64,000 nt of DNA from Nautiliaceae bacterium (GCA_039831155.1 JBDONT010000026.1:1-64000), one strand, 5' to 3'. Shown: positions 38,355 through 49,126, counted from the first letter of the stretch. Translations and numbers: made by a program. Notes: generated by a model not told the origin, from the sequence alone.

Positions 38355-39843
38355 TATAAACCCAAAAGCTACGGAAATAGAAAATTTCAATATAGAAGAG
38401 GGGATTAAATTCTCTTTACTGCCAGGTGTTTTAGATAATAAAACCTACTTTTTTACAACTCAAGACCACCTAATAGACGCCCTTAATTTTTATAATAAAA
38501 CAAATACTCCACTTGAAATAATATTAACGGATAAAGACTCTTTTAACAGACTTCTTAATCGGTTTTTGGAAATTAAAACCCAAAAAGAACTTCAAAACAG
38601 TGACTTAGAAGCGGAAGAGGATTTGAGTTTAGACGATTTTATAAAAAACGGGCTTGATATTTTGGATTCGGAAAACTCGGCTCCTATTATAAAATTCGTA
38701 AATTCTATGTTCTTTCAAGCTGTAAAAAAAAGAGCAAGCGATATTCATATAGAAACCCACGAAAGTTTCGGAACCATTCGTTTTAGAATAGACGGAGTGT
38801 TAATAACTCAAGCCACCATTCAAAAAAACATAACAAACCTTGTAATCAATAGAATAAAAGTAATCTCAAACCTTGATATAAGCGAAAAAAGAGTCCCACA
38901 AGACGGAAGATGTCAAATAAAAATTTCAAATAAAACAACCGATATAAGAGTCTCTATTATTCCTACATATTTCGGAGAAAAAGCAGTCCTTAGACTGCTT
39001 ATGGAAAGTGAGGATATTCCATCTTTAAAAGAACTTGGATTCAATAAAGAAGTAACAACCAACCTTCAAGAGCTTTTAACACACTCTTACGGAATGATTT
39101 TAGTAACGGGACCTACCGGTAGTGGAAAGTCCACAACCCTTCACAGTTTTTTGCAAACAATAGCAACACCCGAAAAAAACATAATAACAATCGAAGACCC
39201 GGTAGAATATAAAGCCGACAACATAAACCAAATCCAGGTAAACCCGAAAGTAGGACTTACGTTCAGCTCCGGGCTTAGAAGTATTTTACGTCAAGACCCG
39301 GATATCATAATGGTAGGGGAAATAAGAGATAAAGAAACGGCTTCTATTGCCATTCAAGCCGCTTTAACGGGACACTTAATGCTATCGACCCTTCATACCA
39401 ACAACGCAGCCTCTACCATTACAAGACTTATGGATATGGGAATAGAGCCGTTTTTAATCGCTTCTTCTTTAATAGGAATCTTATCCCAAAGACTTGTTAG
39501 AATATTATGTGAGTGTAAAGAACAAGAACCATCAACCAAGCTACAATCCATAATAGAAAAAGACCCTCTGCTTAACAAATATAAACTGCCTCCTTTTATC
39601 TCAAAAGCAAAAGGGTGTCCTAAATGTAACTTCACAGGCTATATAAAAAGAAAAGCGGTAGGAGAGATTTTCGTAATGAACGACGAAATAAAAGCCCTTA
39701 TCGCAAATAAAACAAACGATATAGAACTAAAACGGCAAATGATAAAACACGGAATGAAAACCATTAAAGAAAACATTCTTGAGATGGTAATAAATCAAGA
39801 AACTTCTTTAAAAGAAGCTATTAGAGTAGGGTTAAAGGATTAA
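38338..39843 (+). CDS. gspE: T2SS ATPase
   Basis: ASDIHIE, PQDGR, GPTGSGKST, EDPVE, LRQDPD, TGHL and Cys zinc motif. Confidence 0.93.
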   Translation: MLTLNNINPKATEIENFNIEEGIKFSLLPGVLDNKTYFFTTQDHLIDALNFYNKTNTPLEIILTDKDSFNRLLNRFLEIKTQKELQNSDLEAEEDLSLDDFIKNGLDILDSENSAPIIKFVNSMFFQAVKKRASDIHIETHESFGTIRFRIDGVLITQATIQKNITNLVINRIKVISNLDISEKRVPQDGRCQIKISNKTTDIRVSIIPTYFGEKAVLRLLMESEDIPSLKELGFNKEVTTNLQELLTHSYGMILVTGPTGSGKSTTLHSFLQTIATPEKNIITIEDPVEYKADNINQIQVNPKVGLTFSSGLRSILRQDPDIIMVGEIRDKETASIAIQAALTGHLMLSTLHTNNAASTITRLMDMGIEPFLIASSLIGILSQRLVRILCECKEQEPSTKLQSIIEKDPLLNKYKLPPFISKAKGCPKCNFTGYIKRKAVGEIFVMNDEIKALIANKTNDIELKRQMIKHGMKTIKENILEMVINQETSLKEAIRVGLKD

Positions 39844-39844
39844 G

Positions 39845-41029
39845 GTGGAGTTTAAATACAAAGCTTATACGAAAGAGGGTAAAAAAATAAAGGGAAAAAT
39901 AGAGGCGAACTCTTTAACCGAAGCAAAAAACAGACTAAACGACCTATATATCTTAGAAATAAAACCTACAAAAACACTCAATTTAAATATATCCAAAACC
40001 AATAAAAAAGAACTCTCAAAAACCCTACACTCTCTGGGGCTTTATCTAAAAGCTTCAATCTCACTAATCAGTGCGATTAATCTTTTAAAAAGCCAATCTT
40101 CCCCTCAAATGGTAAAATTCTTAAACGAACTTGAAAAATCTATAAAAGAGGGAAAATCGTTTTTTTACTCCATAGAAAACCAAAAAATCCTAAAAATCCC
40201 CCAATACATAAAAAACAGCTTAAAAATAGGCGAAGAGAGTGGTAAACTGGATATTATCCTAATAGAAATGGCTAAATTTTTAAAAGAAGAGGAAAAAATA
40301 GCCTCCAAAACTTCCCAGGCTATGATATACCCTATGTTTATAGTTGTCGTATCTATATTTATGGTCTTTTTTATGTTAAGCGTAGTGGTCCCTAAAATCG
40401 TAAAAGTATTCGAAAACCTAAATAAAGACTTACCTCTTGTTACGAAAATCGTAATATCACTTGGAAATTTCCTCCAACACAACTGGCTTAATATCTTAAT
40501 AGCCTTAGGAGGAGCCGCGGTTTTAATAAAACTCTCTTTAAAAAAGAGAAAAATCAGGCTTCTTTTTCATAAAACGCTTTTAAAAATACCCATTATCAAA
40601 AAATTAATAATCTCAAAAGAACTCGGAAGATTTTCTTATCTTACCTCAACCCTTATAAATTCCGGAATAAATTACATCAACGCCGTTAATATGGCTACCA
40701 ATACCCTTGAAAACGAATATATAAAAGAAATCTTCCTAAAAGCCATACAAGACGTAATAGAAGGGAAAAAACTCTCGATATCCTTAAAAAAAGCCGGATT
40801 TGATTTTGATAAATCTTTCCTTCAAGCCCTATCCTTAGCCGAAGATACCTCTCAAGTAGATGAGGTGTTAAAAAATATAAGCGAAATATACTTTGAAGAA
40901 AATGAACTTTTAAGCAACACTTTAGTGAATTTAATGGAGCCTATTTTGATTATTATAGTAGGAGGAGTTATAGGATTTATCGTAACTGCTATGTTACTTC
41001 CTATGTTTAGTATGAGTATTATTAACTAA
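39845..41029 (+). CDS. gspF: T2SS inner-membrane platform protein
   Basis: GEESGKLD, A.IYP and EP.....G...G.I..AMLLP motifs. Confidence 0.92.
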   Translation: MEFKYKAYTKEGKKIKGKIEANSLTEAKNRLNDLYILEIKPTKTLNLNISKTNKKELSKTLHSLGLYLKASISLISAINLLKSQSSPQMVKFLNELEKSIKEGKSFFYSIENQKILKIPQYIKNSLKIGEESGKLDIILIEMAKFLKEEEKIASKTSQAMIYPMFIVVVSIFMVFFMLSVVVPKIVKVFENLNKDLPLVTKIVISLGNFLQHNWLNILIALGGAAVLIKLSLKKRKIRLLFHKTLLKIPIIKKLIISKELGRFSYLTSTLINSGINYINAVNMATNTLENEYIKEIFLKAIQDVIEGKKLSISLKKAGFDFDKSFLQALSLAEDTSQVDEVLKNISEIYFEENELLSNTLVNLMEPILIIIVGGVIGFIVTAMLLPMFSMSIIN

Positions 41030-42723
41030 CTCAAAATTATAACCTCTTTGTTTTTTATCATCAAAATATCCTCTGCCTTTGCGATAGTCTCTGCCCTATG
41101 GGCTATTATAATAGTCGTTCTTGATTTTAAAAACCCTTCTATATTTTTAAATACCCTCTCTTCCGTATCCACATCCAAAGCCGAAGTAGACTCATCAAGT
41201 ATTACTATTTCGGGCTTATAAAGAAGTGCCCTGGCAATTGCTATTCTCTGCTTTTGACCCCCACTCAATTTTACCCCGTTTTTCCCTACATAAGTTAACA
41301 ATCCTTTAGGCCAGCTTCTGACAACCGCCTCCATTTCGGCAAGTCTTAAAGCCTCCCAAATTTCTTCTTCTTTAAACTCTCTTCCTAAAGTAAGATTAAA
41401 AAGCAAAGTGTCGTTAAAAAGCCTTGTCTCTTGCAAAATCAAACTAACGTTTTGTCTTATCTTATTAAGCCCTATCTCTTTAAAACAAACTCCGTTATAA
41501 AACACTTCCCCCTCTACCGGCACGAAAAATCCGGCTATAATTTTTGCCAAAGTAGTCTTTCCTCCTCCACTAGCACCTATTAAAGCCGTAATTTTATTAG
41601 GATAAACGGTACAGTTTATATTCTTTAAAATCCAATCACTCTCTTTATATTTAAAAGAGAGATTTTTTATTTCCACCTTTACACTTTTTTCAAAAGGATT
41701 TTTTTTATGAGCAAAAACCGGTTCTTTTTGTAAATTTAAAGTTTCGTTGATTCTATCAAGTGCGGCTTTTGCGGCAAAGTAGGTGTATTGAATAGAAATA
41801 ATATCCTGAATAGGAGTCATCATAAACCATAAATAACTATAAACCGCAAGCATAAGCCCTATAGTTAAATTATCATAAGCCACAGCCAGAATTCCGGCAG
41901 CCCTGAAAACTTCAAACCCTATCAAAAATATCAAAAAGCTAAGTTTATTAAAGGCCTCGCTTTTATAACTAAATTCAAAAGATTTCTCTTTCAAATCCTT
42001 TACCAAATCAAAAAGTCTTTTAAAAAAGAACTTCTCTTTATTATAAGCCTTTATCTGCTCAAAAAGCTCTAGCGTCTCAATCAAAGCCTCTTGAAAAACG
42101 GAAATAGACCTATTTTGGACTTTTTTATACTCTTTTACTTTTCTGGCTATTTTACCCGAAAGCACCACCACAAAAGGATTTAAAATCAAAATAAAAAACC
42201 CCAGTTTCCAGTTAATAAGCAAAAGCACAACAGCAACACCTATTAACGTAAAAAACGATATAACAAACCTCGAAACGGACTTAATCAAAAACTCTTCAAC
42301 CGTATTTACGTCACTAATTAATCTACTTGCTATATCTCCGGTTTTTAAATTTTCATATTCGTTTATCGAAAGATGTTTTAAATGAGCCAAAACCCTTAGC
42401 CTGATTTTATAAGTAATATCCTTAGTAATTTTCTCAAAAAAATAACTCTGAACGATATTCAAAAAAACAAACATCCCCCTTAAAAAAAGCACGACCACAA
42501 GAGTAACACTCACATAACAAAAAGCCGAACAGCTACCAAAAATCTCACTTAAACTCTCTACCCAAATGCCTTTTTTGTGTAATAACACCTCATCTATTAA
42601 AAGTGGCATAAGCATAGGTACGGGTATTGAAATAAGAGTGGCTAAAAATGCTATAATTTGAGCCGATATAAATTCACGCTTATATTTTTTTATCTCTTTT
42701 ATAAGTTGTCCGAATGTATACAA
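41026..42723 (-). CDS. Fused ABC exporter (permease + ATPase)
   Basis: Six-TM domain; GASGGGKT, LSGGQKQR and LDESTSALD. Confidence 0.92.
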   Translation of the reverse strand: MYTFGQLIKEIKKYKREFISAQIIAFLATLISIPVPMLMPLLIDEVLLHKKGIWVESLSEIFGSCSAFCYVSVTLVVVLFLRGMFVFLNIVQSYFFEKITKDITYKIRLRVLAHLKHLSINEYENLKTGDIASRLISDVNTVEEFLIKSVSRFVISFFTLIGVAVVLLLINWKLGFFILILNPFVVVLSGKIARKVKEYKKVQNRSISVFQEALIETLELFEQIKAYNKEKFFFKRLFDLVKDLKEKSFEFSYKSEAFNKLSFLIFLIGFEVFRAAGILAVAYDNLTIGLMLAVYSYLWFMMTPIQDIISIQYTYFAAKAALDRINETLNLQKEPVFAHKKNPFEKSVKVEIKNLSFKYKESDWILKNINCTVYPNKITALIGASGGGKTTLAKIIAGFFVPVEGEVFYNGVCFKEIGLNKIRQNVSLILQETRLFNDTLLFNLTLGREFKEEEIWEALRLAEMEAVVRSWPKGLLTYVGKNGVKLSGGQKQRIAIARALLYKPEIVILDESTSALDVDTEERVFKNIEGFLKSRTTIIIAHRAETIAKAEDILMIKNKEVIILS

Positions 42724-42745
42724 ATCAATCCTTTAAGGAGTTTTT

Positions 42746-43117
42746 ATGCAAAAAATTATACTATTAATTTTAAGTACTTTTTTATTTTCTTATCAAACAT
42801 TACCGGCAACCCTTAAAAACATAAAAGCCCTTCAAGCAAAACACATCCCCATAGTCGATATAAGAACACCTGGGGAATGGGCTATAACAGGCGTAATTCC
42901 GGGAGCGATAAAAGATACGTTTTTTGATGAATACGGAAGAATTAACCCAAATTTTTTAAAAAAGATAAAAGCGAAAAAATTCGCCATCATCTGTCGAACC
43001 GGTCACAGAAGCAAACTCGCAGCCGGTATTTTAGAAAATAAAGGAATAGAAGTAATAGACTTAAGCGGAGGAATATTTTATCTTTTTAAAGATATGTTAT
43101 CTAAAGAATTTAAATAA
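42746..43117 (+). CDS. Exported rhodanese-like protein
   Basis: Signal peptide; DIRT..EW, CRTGHRS and L.GG. Confidence 0.88.
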   Translation: MQKIILLILSTFLFSYQTLPATLKNIKALQAKHIPIVDIRTPGEWAITGVIPGAIKDTFFDEYGRINPNFLKKIKAKKFAIICRTGHRSKLAAGILENKGIEVIDLSGGIFYLFKDMLSKEFK

Positions 43118-44536
43118 TTAATCCGTATTAGGAATCAATCTTATATCCAATTGAGTAGGAATTTTTACCATTTCCTCTCCGGTTCTGAATCCGTCATTCA
43201 TTTTTATATTTTCAAAAAAATAAAAATTATTTTCACTAAAAGCGAAATTATTTAACGAAATAAAAGAAATAGGTGTTTTATATTCATATGAATTTAAATA
43301 ATTAAAGATTTTTTGAATTTTGCAAGCATTTAAAACCCGTGCCAAAGTAATATAATTCCCCTCTTTCAAATCTATATTTTTCCCTAAAAAATAGAGTTTA
43401 TTATCTTTTACAATCCTATAAACCACACTCAAATAATTTTTATTCAAAAATAAAATCCTATAATCCACACTGTCGGCTTTTGGAAACGAAGCTAAAAGTT
43501 TATTTACCTTTTTATCGTTTTCACTACCTTCAATTTGAGGATACGTACAGTTTATACCTTTTTTGGCAAACACCCTTACCGGTTCTTCTCTTGTAAAGAG
43601 TTTTTTATCATACACTAAAAAATAAACCCTCAAAGCGTTTTTATCTTTTATTACGAATAATTTAACTTTATCGTTATTCTCCAATCTCCCTTCATAAATA
43701 TCCTTTAATTTATCGCTTTGTGTATATCTTAAGTTCGTTACTTCAATAGGCGTATTTTTAAAAAATCTCAAGTTAATATCCACCCCTCCGTCATAAAGTG
43801 GCAAAACTGCCCTTGTAAACTGCAAAAAGTTAAGATAGCCACTTTTAGTCGTTTCGTTAATTTCAGATGCTTTAGAAAAGTTATGAGAAAGTGCCATTAT
43901 CCTAGAAGAAGTAAAAAACATATTATTAAAAAAAGACAAATTACTATCACTCACAGCCGTTAAAACGGCTCCCGTTTTAGTATTTACGATTAAAACCCCA
44001 CTATGCTTTGCAAATTGAATTTTATTTAACTCTTTTAACTGATTAAAATAAGCTTTTTGCAAGTTATAAAGAATATTTAAACTTACATTCCCGTCTCTTG
44101 AATTATTGGCCTCTTCCAGTCCACTGGCTCCAATTAGCATAGAAAAGTTACCCTCTTTTTTCGTCTTCAAAGTACCTAAAATAGCCCTAAACTCTTTAAG
44201 AGAAGTTCTTTTTTCTTCAAAAGGGCTCAAATTAACATCGCTAACTTTTATTAAAGAATCTATAAAAGAAGTTTTTTTAGTCAAAAGAGTAGAGTTTTTA
44301 TCAACTTTCTTTTTAAAATAAACCTCTAAAGAATTCAAAATAAATCTGTTAATCCCACTTCTATTTTCATCGCTTATATTCTCATCGCTTAAGTTCGAAT
44401 CGTTAAACAGATTTTTAATATCAAGTTTATAAATAATATAACTTTTCACTACAACCTTATTACCACTTAAAAACGTAGACTTTAAACTCACTCCAAACGC
44501 AAAAACCCCAATTAAAAGAGTTAGCAATAATTTCAT
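43118..44536 (-). CDS. Exported protein: degenerate class-B PBP-like region + DUF4163/RsiV-like C-terminal domain
   Basis: G.SGLE, G.V.L.I...LQ and V.IV..KTG.VL..VS; C-terminal YPQI...VN..L, YLSV and NIDLK.G. Confidence 0.55.
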   Translation of the reverse strand: MKLLLTLLIGVFAFGVSLKSTFLSGNKVVVKSYIIYKLDIKNLFNDSNLSDENISDENRSGINRFILNSLEVYFKKKVDKNSTLLTKKTSFIDSLIKVSDVNLSPFEEKRTSLKEFRAILGTLKTKKEGNFSMLIGASGLEEANNSRDGNVSLNILYNLQKAYFNQLKELNKIQFAKHSGVLIVNTKTGAVLTAVSDSNLSFFNNMFFTSSRIMALSHNFSKASEINETTKSGYLNFLQFTRAVLPLYDGGVDINLRFFKNTPIEVTNLRYTQSDKLKDIYEGRLENNDKVKLFVIKDKNALRVYFLVYDKKLFTREEPVRVFAKKGINCTYPQIEGSENDKKVNKLLASFPKADSVDYRILFLNKNYLSVVYRIVKDNKLYFLGKNIDLKEGNYITLARVLNACKIQKIFNYLNSYEYKTPISFISLNNFAFSENNFYFFENIKMNDGFRTGEEMVKIPTQLDIRLIPNTD

Positions 44537-44600
44537 AAACTTCCTTTTTGGCTAAATTTTAACATAAATTCCAATACACAAAATTAAATTACGCTAAAAT

Positions 44601-45152
44601 TTAATCCTCTTTTATCTCTCTTGCCTGATAAGTATAAATTACCGGATGATACATAAGACAATCCCCGGGTAACCCGGCTTTCATACAAAGATGAGCGAAA
44701 AACAGCTCAAAAACCGGCAACTCCTCCCAAACACTCGGTAAAAAAGTCGCCTGATGATTTGCAAGTTGTAAAATAACCCCGTCAACCCCGGGACGAATTT
44801 TTTTCATTAAATCCTCTTTGTCTTCATACTCAACTTTTTGAGGAATAGTTAAAAGACTAATCTCAAGTTTAATTTCATCAAACTCTTCAACTCTCAAAGG
44901 TGGAAATCTAGGGTCTTCAAAAGCTGCAGCTTTTGCGTTTGATACAATATCGTCAATCAAAGACCTATGAGGCAAAATAGAACCTATACAACCTCTTAAA
45001 GCCCCGTGTTTTTTAAGAGTTACAAAAGATGCCCTATTTTCTTTTAAAAACGGATATTTCTCAACCCATTCGTTTTTATCAATTAATTTTTTATTTTCAA
45101 GCTCTTCCAAAATAGCCATTCTAGCTAATTTAAGCAATACTTTATCTTCCAT
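44601..45152 (-). CDS. AmmeMemoRadiSam system protein A (AMMECR1 family)
   Basis: FVTL, LRGCIG, AAFEDPRF, ATFLPSVW and KAG motifs. Confidence 0.9.
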   Translation of the reverse strand: MEDKVLLKLARMAILEELENKKLIDKNEWVEKYPFLKENRASFVTLKKHGALRGCIGSILPHRSLIDDIVSNAKAAAFEDPRFPPLRVEEFDEIKLEISLLTIPQKVEYEDKEDLMKKIRPGVDGVILQLANHQATFLPSVWEELPVFELFFAHLCMKAGLPGDCLMYHPVIYTYQAREIKED

Positions 45153-45205
45153 AATTTCCTCCTATTTTTATAACTATTATATCAAAAATATTTAACTAAT
45201 TTCAC

Positions 45206-45487
45206 TCAAGTTTTGCTAAGCTGGGCTTTTTCTTCAAGCCCATGAAGCCAAACAAAAACATCCACCACGGCTTTATACATCTTAGGAGGTATCTCTTCTC
45301 CAACTTCCACATTTAAAAGCATTTCTGCCAACATCTCGTTTTGAAACAACGGTACATCGTAAATCTCCGCTTTTTCGATTATTTTTTTGGCAAGTTCGCC
45401 TTTGCCTTTGGCTATGACTTTTGGAGCGTTATCTTCGTAGGCTTTATATTTTAAAGCCACTGCTTTAGTATTTATGGATTTTTTCAT
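45206..45487 (-). CDS. FlhB C-terminal-domain-only protein
   Basis: AVALKY, APKVIAKG.G..A and EIP...Y.AV. Start moved to MKKSIN. Confidence 0.88.
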   Translation of the reverse strand: MKKSINTKAVALKYKAYEDNAPKVIAKGKGELAKKIIEKAEIYDVPLFQNEMLAEMLLNVEVGEEIPPKMYKAVVDVFVWLHGLEEKAQLSKT

Positions 45488-45932
45488 AAATAGGTCCTTT
45501 TTTCGTAAGAGTGGATTTATAAAGATAAACTTCCAGAGGCACTTCAAAAGAGATATTATCCCACTTTTTAAGTTCTTTAAAAAAAGCGTTATCTTTAATC
45601 TCTTTTATCCTACAAAGAGTGATATGGGGTTTAAAGGGTTTGTCGTTTTTCAGATTAAATTTTTCGTTTATCCGTCTGTTTATTTCATCACTTATATCAG
45701 CTTTTAAATATAAAATCTTTTTACCGAACATCCCGATACCGTTTATTTTAAAGCTTTTTTGGCTAAAAGAGAGCTTAACCTCATATTTCCTAGGCTCATC
45801 TTCCCCTATAAATTTATGAGTTAAATGCAAATTCCACCCCTCAACCCACTTACCCTCTATAAACCTCCCTAAATCCTGCTTAATAGCCCCGTAAAGTGGA
45901 AACTTAACCGGAGTCGCTATAAAAAGTCTCAT
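45465..45932 (-). CDS. thpR: RNA 2',3'-cyclic phosphodiesterase (2H family)
   Basis: MRLFIA, HLT, PHITL.R and S.L...GP.Y motifs. Confidence 0.88.
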   Translation of the reverse strand: MRLFIATPVKFPLYGAIKQDLGRFIEGKWVEGWNLHLTHKFIGEDEPRKYEVKLSFSQKSFKINGIGMFGKKILYLKADISDEINRRINEKFNLKNDKPFKPHITLCRIKEIKDNAFFKELKKWDNISFEVPLEVYLYKSTLTKKGPIYEKIHKY

Positions 45933-46138
45933 TTTAAAACCCTTGATAAAACATAAAAAACGACACTTAAAAAAACACTAATAACAATTGACGACGTAAC
46001 GGGAAAATAAAAAGTAAAATTCTCCTTTTTAATTACGATATCTCCCGGCAGATTAAAAAGTGGAAAATCTTTAAAAAAATACATCAAAAGCCCTATGATA
46101 ATAAAAATAACTCCTATAAAAATAAAAATTTTCGCCAT
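45929..46138 (-). CDS. DUF2905 membrane protein
   Basis: LPGDI...NF.FYFP.TS. Confidence 0.85.
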   Translation of the reverse strand: MAKIFIFIGVIFIIIGLLMYFFKDFPLFNLPGDIVIKKENFTFYFPVTSSIVISVFLSVVFYVLSRVLK

Positions 46139-46198
46139 TTCAAGCCTTTTTTATTAATTATATCAAATTAGCTATAATTTCATTAAAAAAGGACTACT

Positions 46199-47476
46199 AT
46201 GCCTATGACTATTACTGAAAAAATTTTCGCAGAACATATAGGACGCGAAGTTAAACCGGGTGAAATTATTTTATGTGATGTTGATATGACTATCGGTAAC
46301 GACATTACAACTCCTATTTCAATTAGAGCATTTGAAGAGAGCGGAGCCGAAAAACTTGCAAAACCGGACAATTTTGCAATAGTTCTAGACCACTTCATCC
46401 CTCCAAAAGACATAGCTTCGGCAAACCAAGCGAAAATAAACAGAGAATTCGCATATAAACATAATCTAAAAAACTTCTTTGACGAAAAAGATATGGGAAT
46501 TGAACATAGACTGCTTCCGGAAAAAGGACTTGTAATCCCGGGAGATGTTATTATAGGAGCCGACAGCCACACTTGTACTCATGGGGCACTTGGTGCTTTT
46601 TCTACGGGTATGGGAAGTACGGATATCGCATTTTGTATGATTACGGGGAAAAGCTGGTTTAAAATTCCTGAGAGTATCAAAGTGGTATTCAAAGGTGAAA
46701 TAAAAGAGCACGTTTACGGAAAAGATTTGATTTTAGAACTTATAAGAAGAATAGGTGTTGACGGGGCGTTATATAAAGCCCTTGAGTTTACGGGTGAAGT
46801 AATTGAAAATCTACCTATGGACGACAGAATGAGTCTTTGTAATATGGCTATTGAAGCCGGAGCCAAAAACGGAATAGTAGCATACGATAAAATCACCGAA
46901 AGCTTCCTTGAAGAAGTTAAAAAATACAACCCTTTAAGAAGCGAACCGAAAATCCACTATTCAGACCCTGATGCAAACTATTCTCAAGTAATAGAAATAG
47001 ACGTAAACGAACTAGAACCTCTTGTGGCGTATCCTTACTTACCAAGTAACGGAAAACCTATCAGCCAAGCCGTAAAAGACGATATCGAAATAGACCAGGT
47101 TTATATAGGAAGCTGTACAAACGGAACTCTTAGCGACCTAAGAATCGCGGCTGAAATACTTAAAGGCAAAAGAGTCCATAAAAGAGTAAGACTAATCGTA
47201 ACTCCGGCAACTCAAAGAATCTACAAACAAGCCGAACACGAAGGAATTTTAGATATCTTAATCGATGCCGGTGCAGTTGTGGCAAACCCTACATGCGGTG
47301 CTTGTCTTGGTGGATATATGGGAATTTTAGGCGATGGAGAAAGAGCAGTAGCCACTACAAACAGAAACTTCCGTGGTAGAATGGGAAGCAGAACTTCCGA
47401 AGTATACCTAAGCAATTCTGCAGTTGCCGCAGCAAGTGCAATTGCCGGTAAAATTGCAGACCCTAGGGATATTTAA
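46199..47476 (+). CDS. leuC: 3-isopropylmalate dehydratase large subunit
   Basis: DH, GADSHTCT.GA, IGSCTNG, CGACLG and TNRNF.GRMG motifs. Confidence 0.9.
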   Translation: MPMTITEKIFAEHIGREVKPGEIILCDVDMTIGNDITTPISIRAFEESGAEKLAKPDNFAIVLDHFIPPKDIASANQAKINREFAYKHNLKNFFDEKDMGIEHRLLPEKGLVIPGDVIIGADSHTCTHGALGAFSTGMGSTDIAFCMITGKSWFKIPESIKVVFKGEIKEHVYGKDLILELIRRIGVDGALYKALEFTGEVIENLPMDDRMSLCNMAIEAGAKNGIVAYDKITESFLEEVKKYNPLRSEPKIHYSDPDANYSQVIEIDVNELEPLVAYPYLPSNGKPISQAVKDDIEIDQVYIGSCTNGTLSDLRIAAEILKGKRVHKRVRLIVTPATQRIYKQAEHEGILDILIDAGAVVANPTCGACLGGYMGILGDGERAVATTNRNFRGRMGSRTSEVYLSNSAVAAASAIAGKIADPRDI

Positions 47477-47480
47477 CTTA

Positions 47481-48455
47481 ATGGACCATCTAATTCCGGA
47501 ATGGGAAATACAAGAATTTATCCAACTTGTATTTCCCCATAAAAATACGGATTGGAATTGTTGCTTAGAAGAAGCTATAAACACTTTTAGCGAAATTGCA
47601 TATGCAATTGCTCAATATCAAAAAGTACTTATCTGTTATGAAGATGAAAATACAATCTCTCACCTAAAACACAAAAACTTTATCTTTCGTAAAGTAAAAA
47701 ACAACGATACCTGGGCAAGGGATTTTGGAGCAATAAGCATAAAAATAGACAATGAAGTCAAACTTCTTGATTTTAAATTCAACGGCTGGGGACTTAAATT
47801 CCCAAGTAATTATGATAATCTAATCTCAAGAGAGATTTTTAATATCCATAAAAGCTACAATTTCGTACTTGAAGGTGGGAGTATCGATACAAATGGAGAA
47901 ACACTCTTAACTACTACAAAGTGCCTGTTAGAACCAAACAGAAACTATCCAATGAGTAAAGAAGAGATTGAAAAGTTTTTAAAAAAAGAACTGTTTGTAA
48001 AAGATATTATTTGGCTTGAGAATGGATTTTTAGAAGGAGACGATACAGACTCTCACATAGATACCCTTGCAAGATTTGTAAATAAAGATACAATAGTTTA
48101 CTGCACCTGTGAAGATAAAAACGATATTCACTACAATGAGCTAAAAAAAATGGAAAAAGAGCTTAAAAAAACATCTTTTAATCTAATTCCACTGCCTTTG
48201 CCAAGCCCAAAAATATGGGACAATCATCGCCTGCCTGCAACATATGCAAACTTTTTAATTACAAACCACGCAATACTTCTTCCGATTTATGAAGATAAAA
48301 AAGACAAATACGTATATGACCTATTCAAAGAGATATTCAAAGAAAAAGATATAATCCCAATCAATGCAAACACCTTAATTAAGCAACACGGTTCCATTCA
48401 TTGCATCACAAAAGAGTACTTCTTAAAACCACTATCTCAAACTCTAAAAAATTAA
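47481..48455 (+). CDS. Agmatine deiminase family protein
   Basis: W.RDFG, FNGWG, EGGS, DTDSHID, YANF and GSIHCIT motifs. Confidence 0.92.
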   Translation: MDHLIPEWEIQEFIQLVFPHKNTDWNCCLEEAINTFSEIAYAIAQYQKVLICYEDENTISHLKHKNFIFRKVKNNDTWARDFGAISIKIDNEVKLLDFKFNGWGLKFPSNYDNLISREIFNIHKSYNFVLEGGSIDTNGETLLTTTKCLLEPNRNYPMSKEEIEKFLKKELFVKDIIWLENGFLEGDDTDSHIDTLARFVNKDTIVYCTCEDKNDIHYNELKKMEKELKKTSFNLIPLPLPSPKIWDNHRLPATYANFLITNHAILLPIYEDKKDKYVYDLFKEIFKEKDIIPINANTLIKQHGSIHCITKEYFLKPLSQTLKN

Positions 48456-49056
48456 AAGGAAATTCCTTTAAAAATTTTCTCACTTTTCCCACTTTCGCCC
48501 TCACATTTCCACTTACCCCCGAATACTTTATATATTCAAGCAGTTTTTTAGGAGAATCAAACTCCAACCTATAATGCAACACTTCCACTTCAGCCGATAA
48601 AATTTCAGCCGAAGTCAAAATCTCTTCTTTTGAAAAAATGGGTGATTTGATTTCCAAATAGTTATGAAGAGTCTTAAAAGTATTTGAAGTAAAAAGAGTC
48701 AGTAAAAAACTCCTCTCCAACCCCTTAATCTCCCTAAATACAAAATCCAAATCCAAAGCCCACTGCAAAGCGGAAAAAGAGACAATCTGTTCAAAATCAT
48801 ATCTTCTTATCTTCTCAAAACACTCTTTTTTATTAAAATCGGCAAGTAAAACAGTGCAAAGATTTCTCTTTAGCATCTCTTTAGAAGCATCCATGCCTAA
48901 ATAAAATTCAAACTTCTTATATTTGCAAAGCCCTTCACTCCCACACCCCAAATCCACTACCCTATTTTTTACAAACGGAAGATATCTTTTGATTATCTCT
49001 TTTTGAATTACGTTATACTTTCCGTAAGTGTTGGCGAACTTCTCAAAACTTTCCAT
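48406..49056 (-). CDS. BioC-like SAM methyltransferase
   Basis: F...A.TY.....Q, DLGCGS, S.SALQW and K.SGV motifs. Confidence 0.7.
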   Translation of the reverse strand: MESFEKFANTYGKYNVIQKEIIKRYLPFVKNRVVDLGCGSEGLCKYKKFEFYLGMDASKEMLKRNLCTVLLADFNKKECFEKIRRYDFEQIVSFSALQWALDLDFVFREIKGLERSFLLTLFTSNTFKTLHNYLEIKSPIFSKEEILTSAEILSAEVEVLHYRLEFDSPKKLLEYIKYSGVSGNVRAKVGKVRKFLKEFPFNFLEFEIVVLRSTLL

Positions 49057-49126
49057 ATTTTCTCTTTTTTTGATTTTATAATATCAAAAATTTTTACTAT
49101 AATTAAAAAAAAATTAAAGGCTCATT

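Noticed and set aside
44556-44567. XerD-arm-like TTTAACATAA
   Set aside because: No XerC arm; better explained as the extended -10 (TGTTAAAAT) of the 44536 gene.
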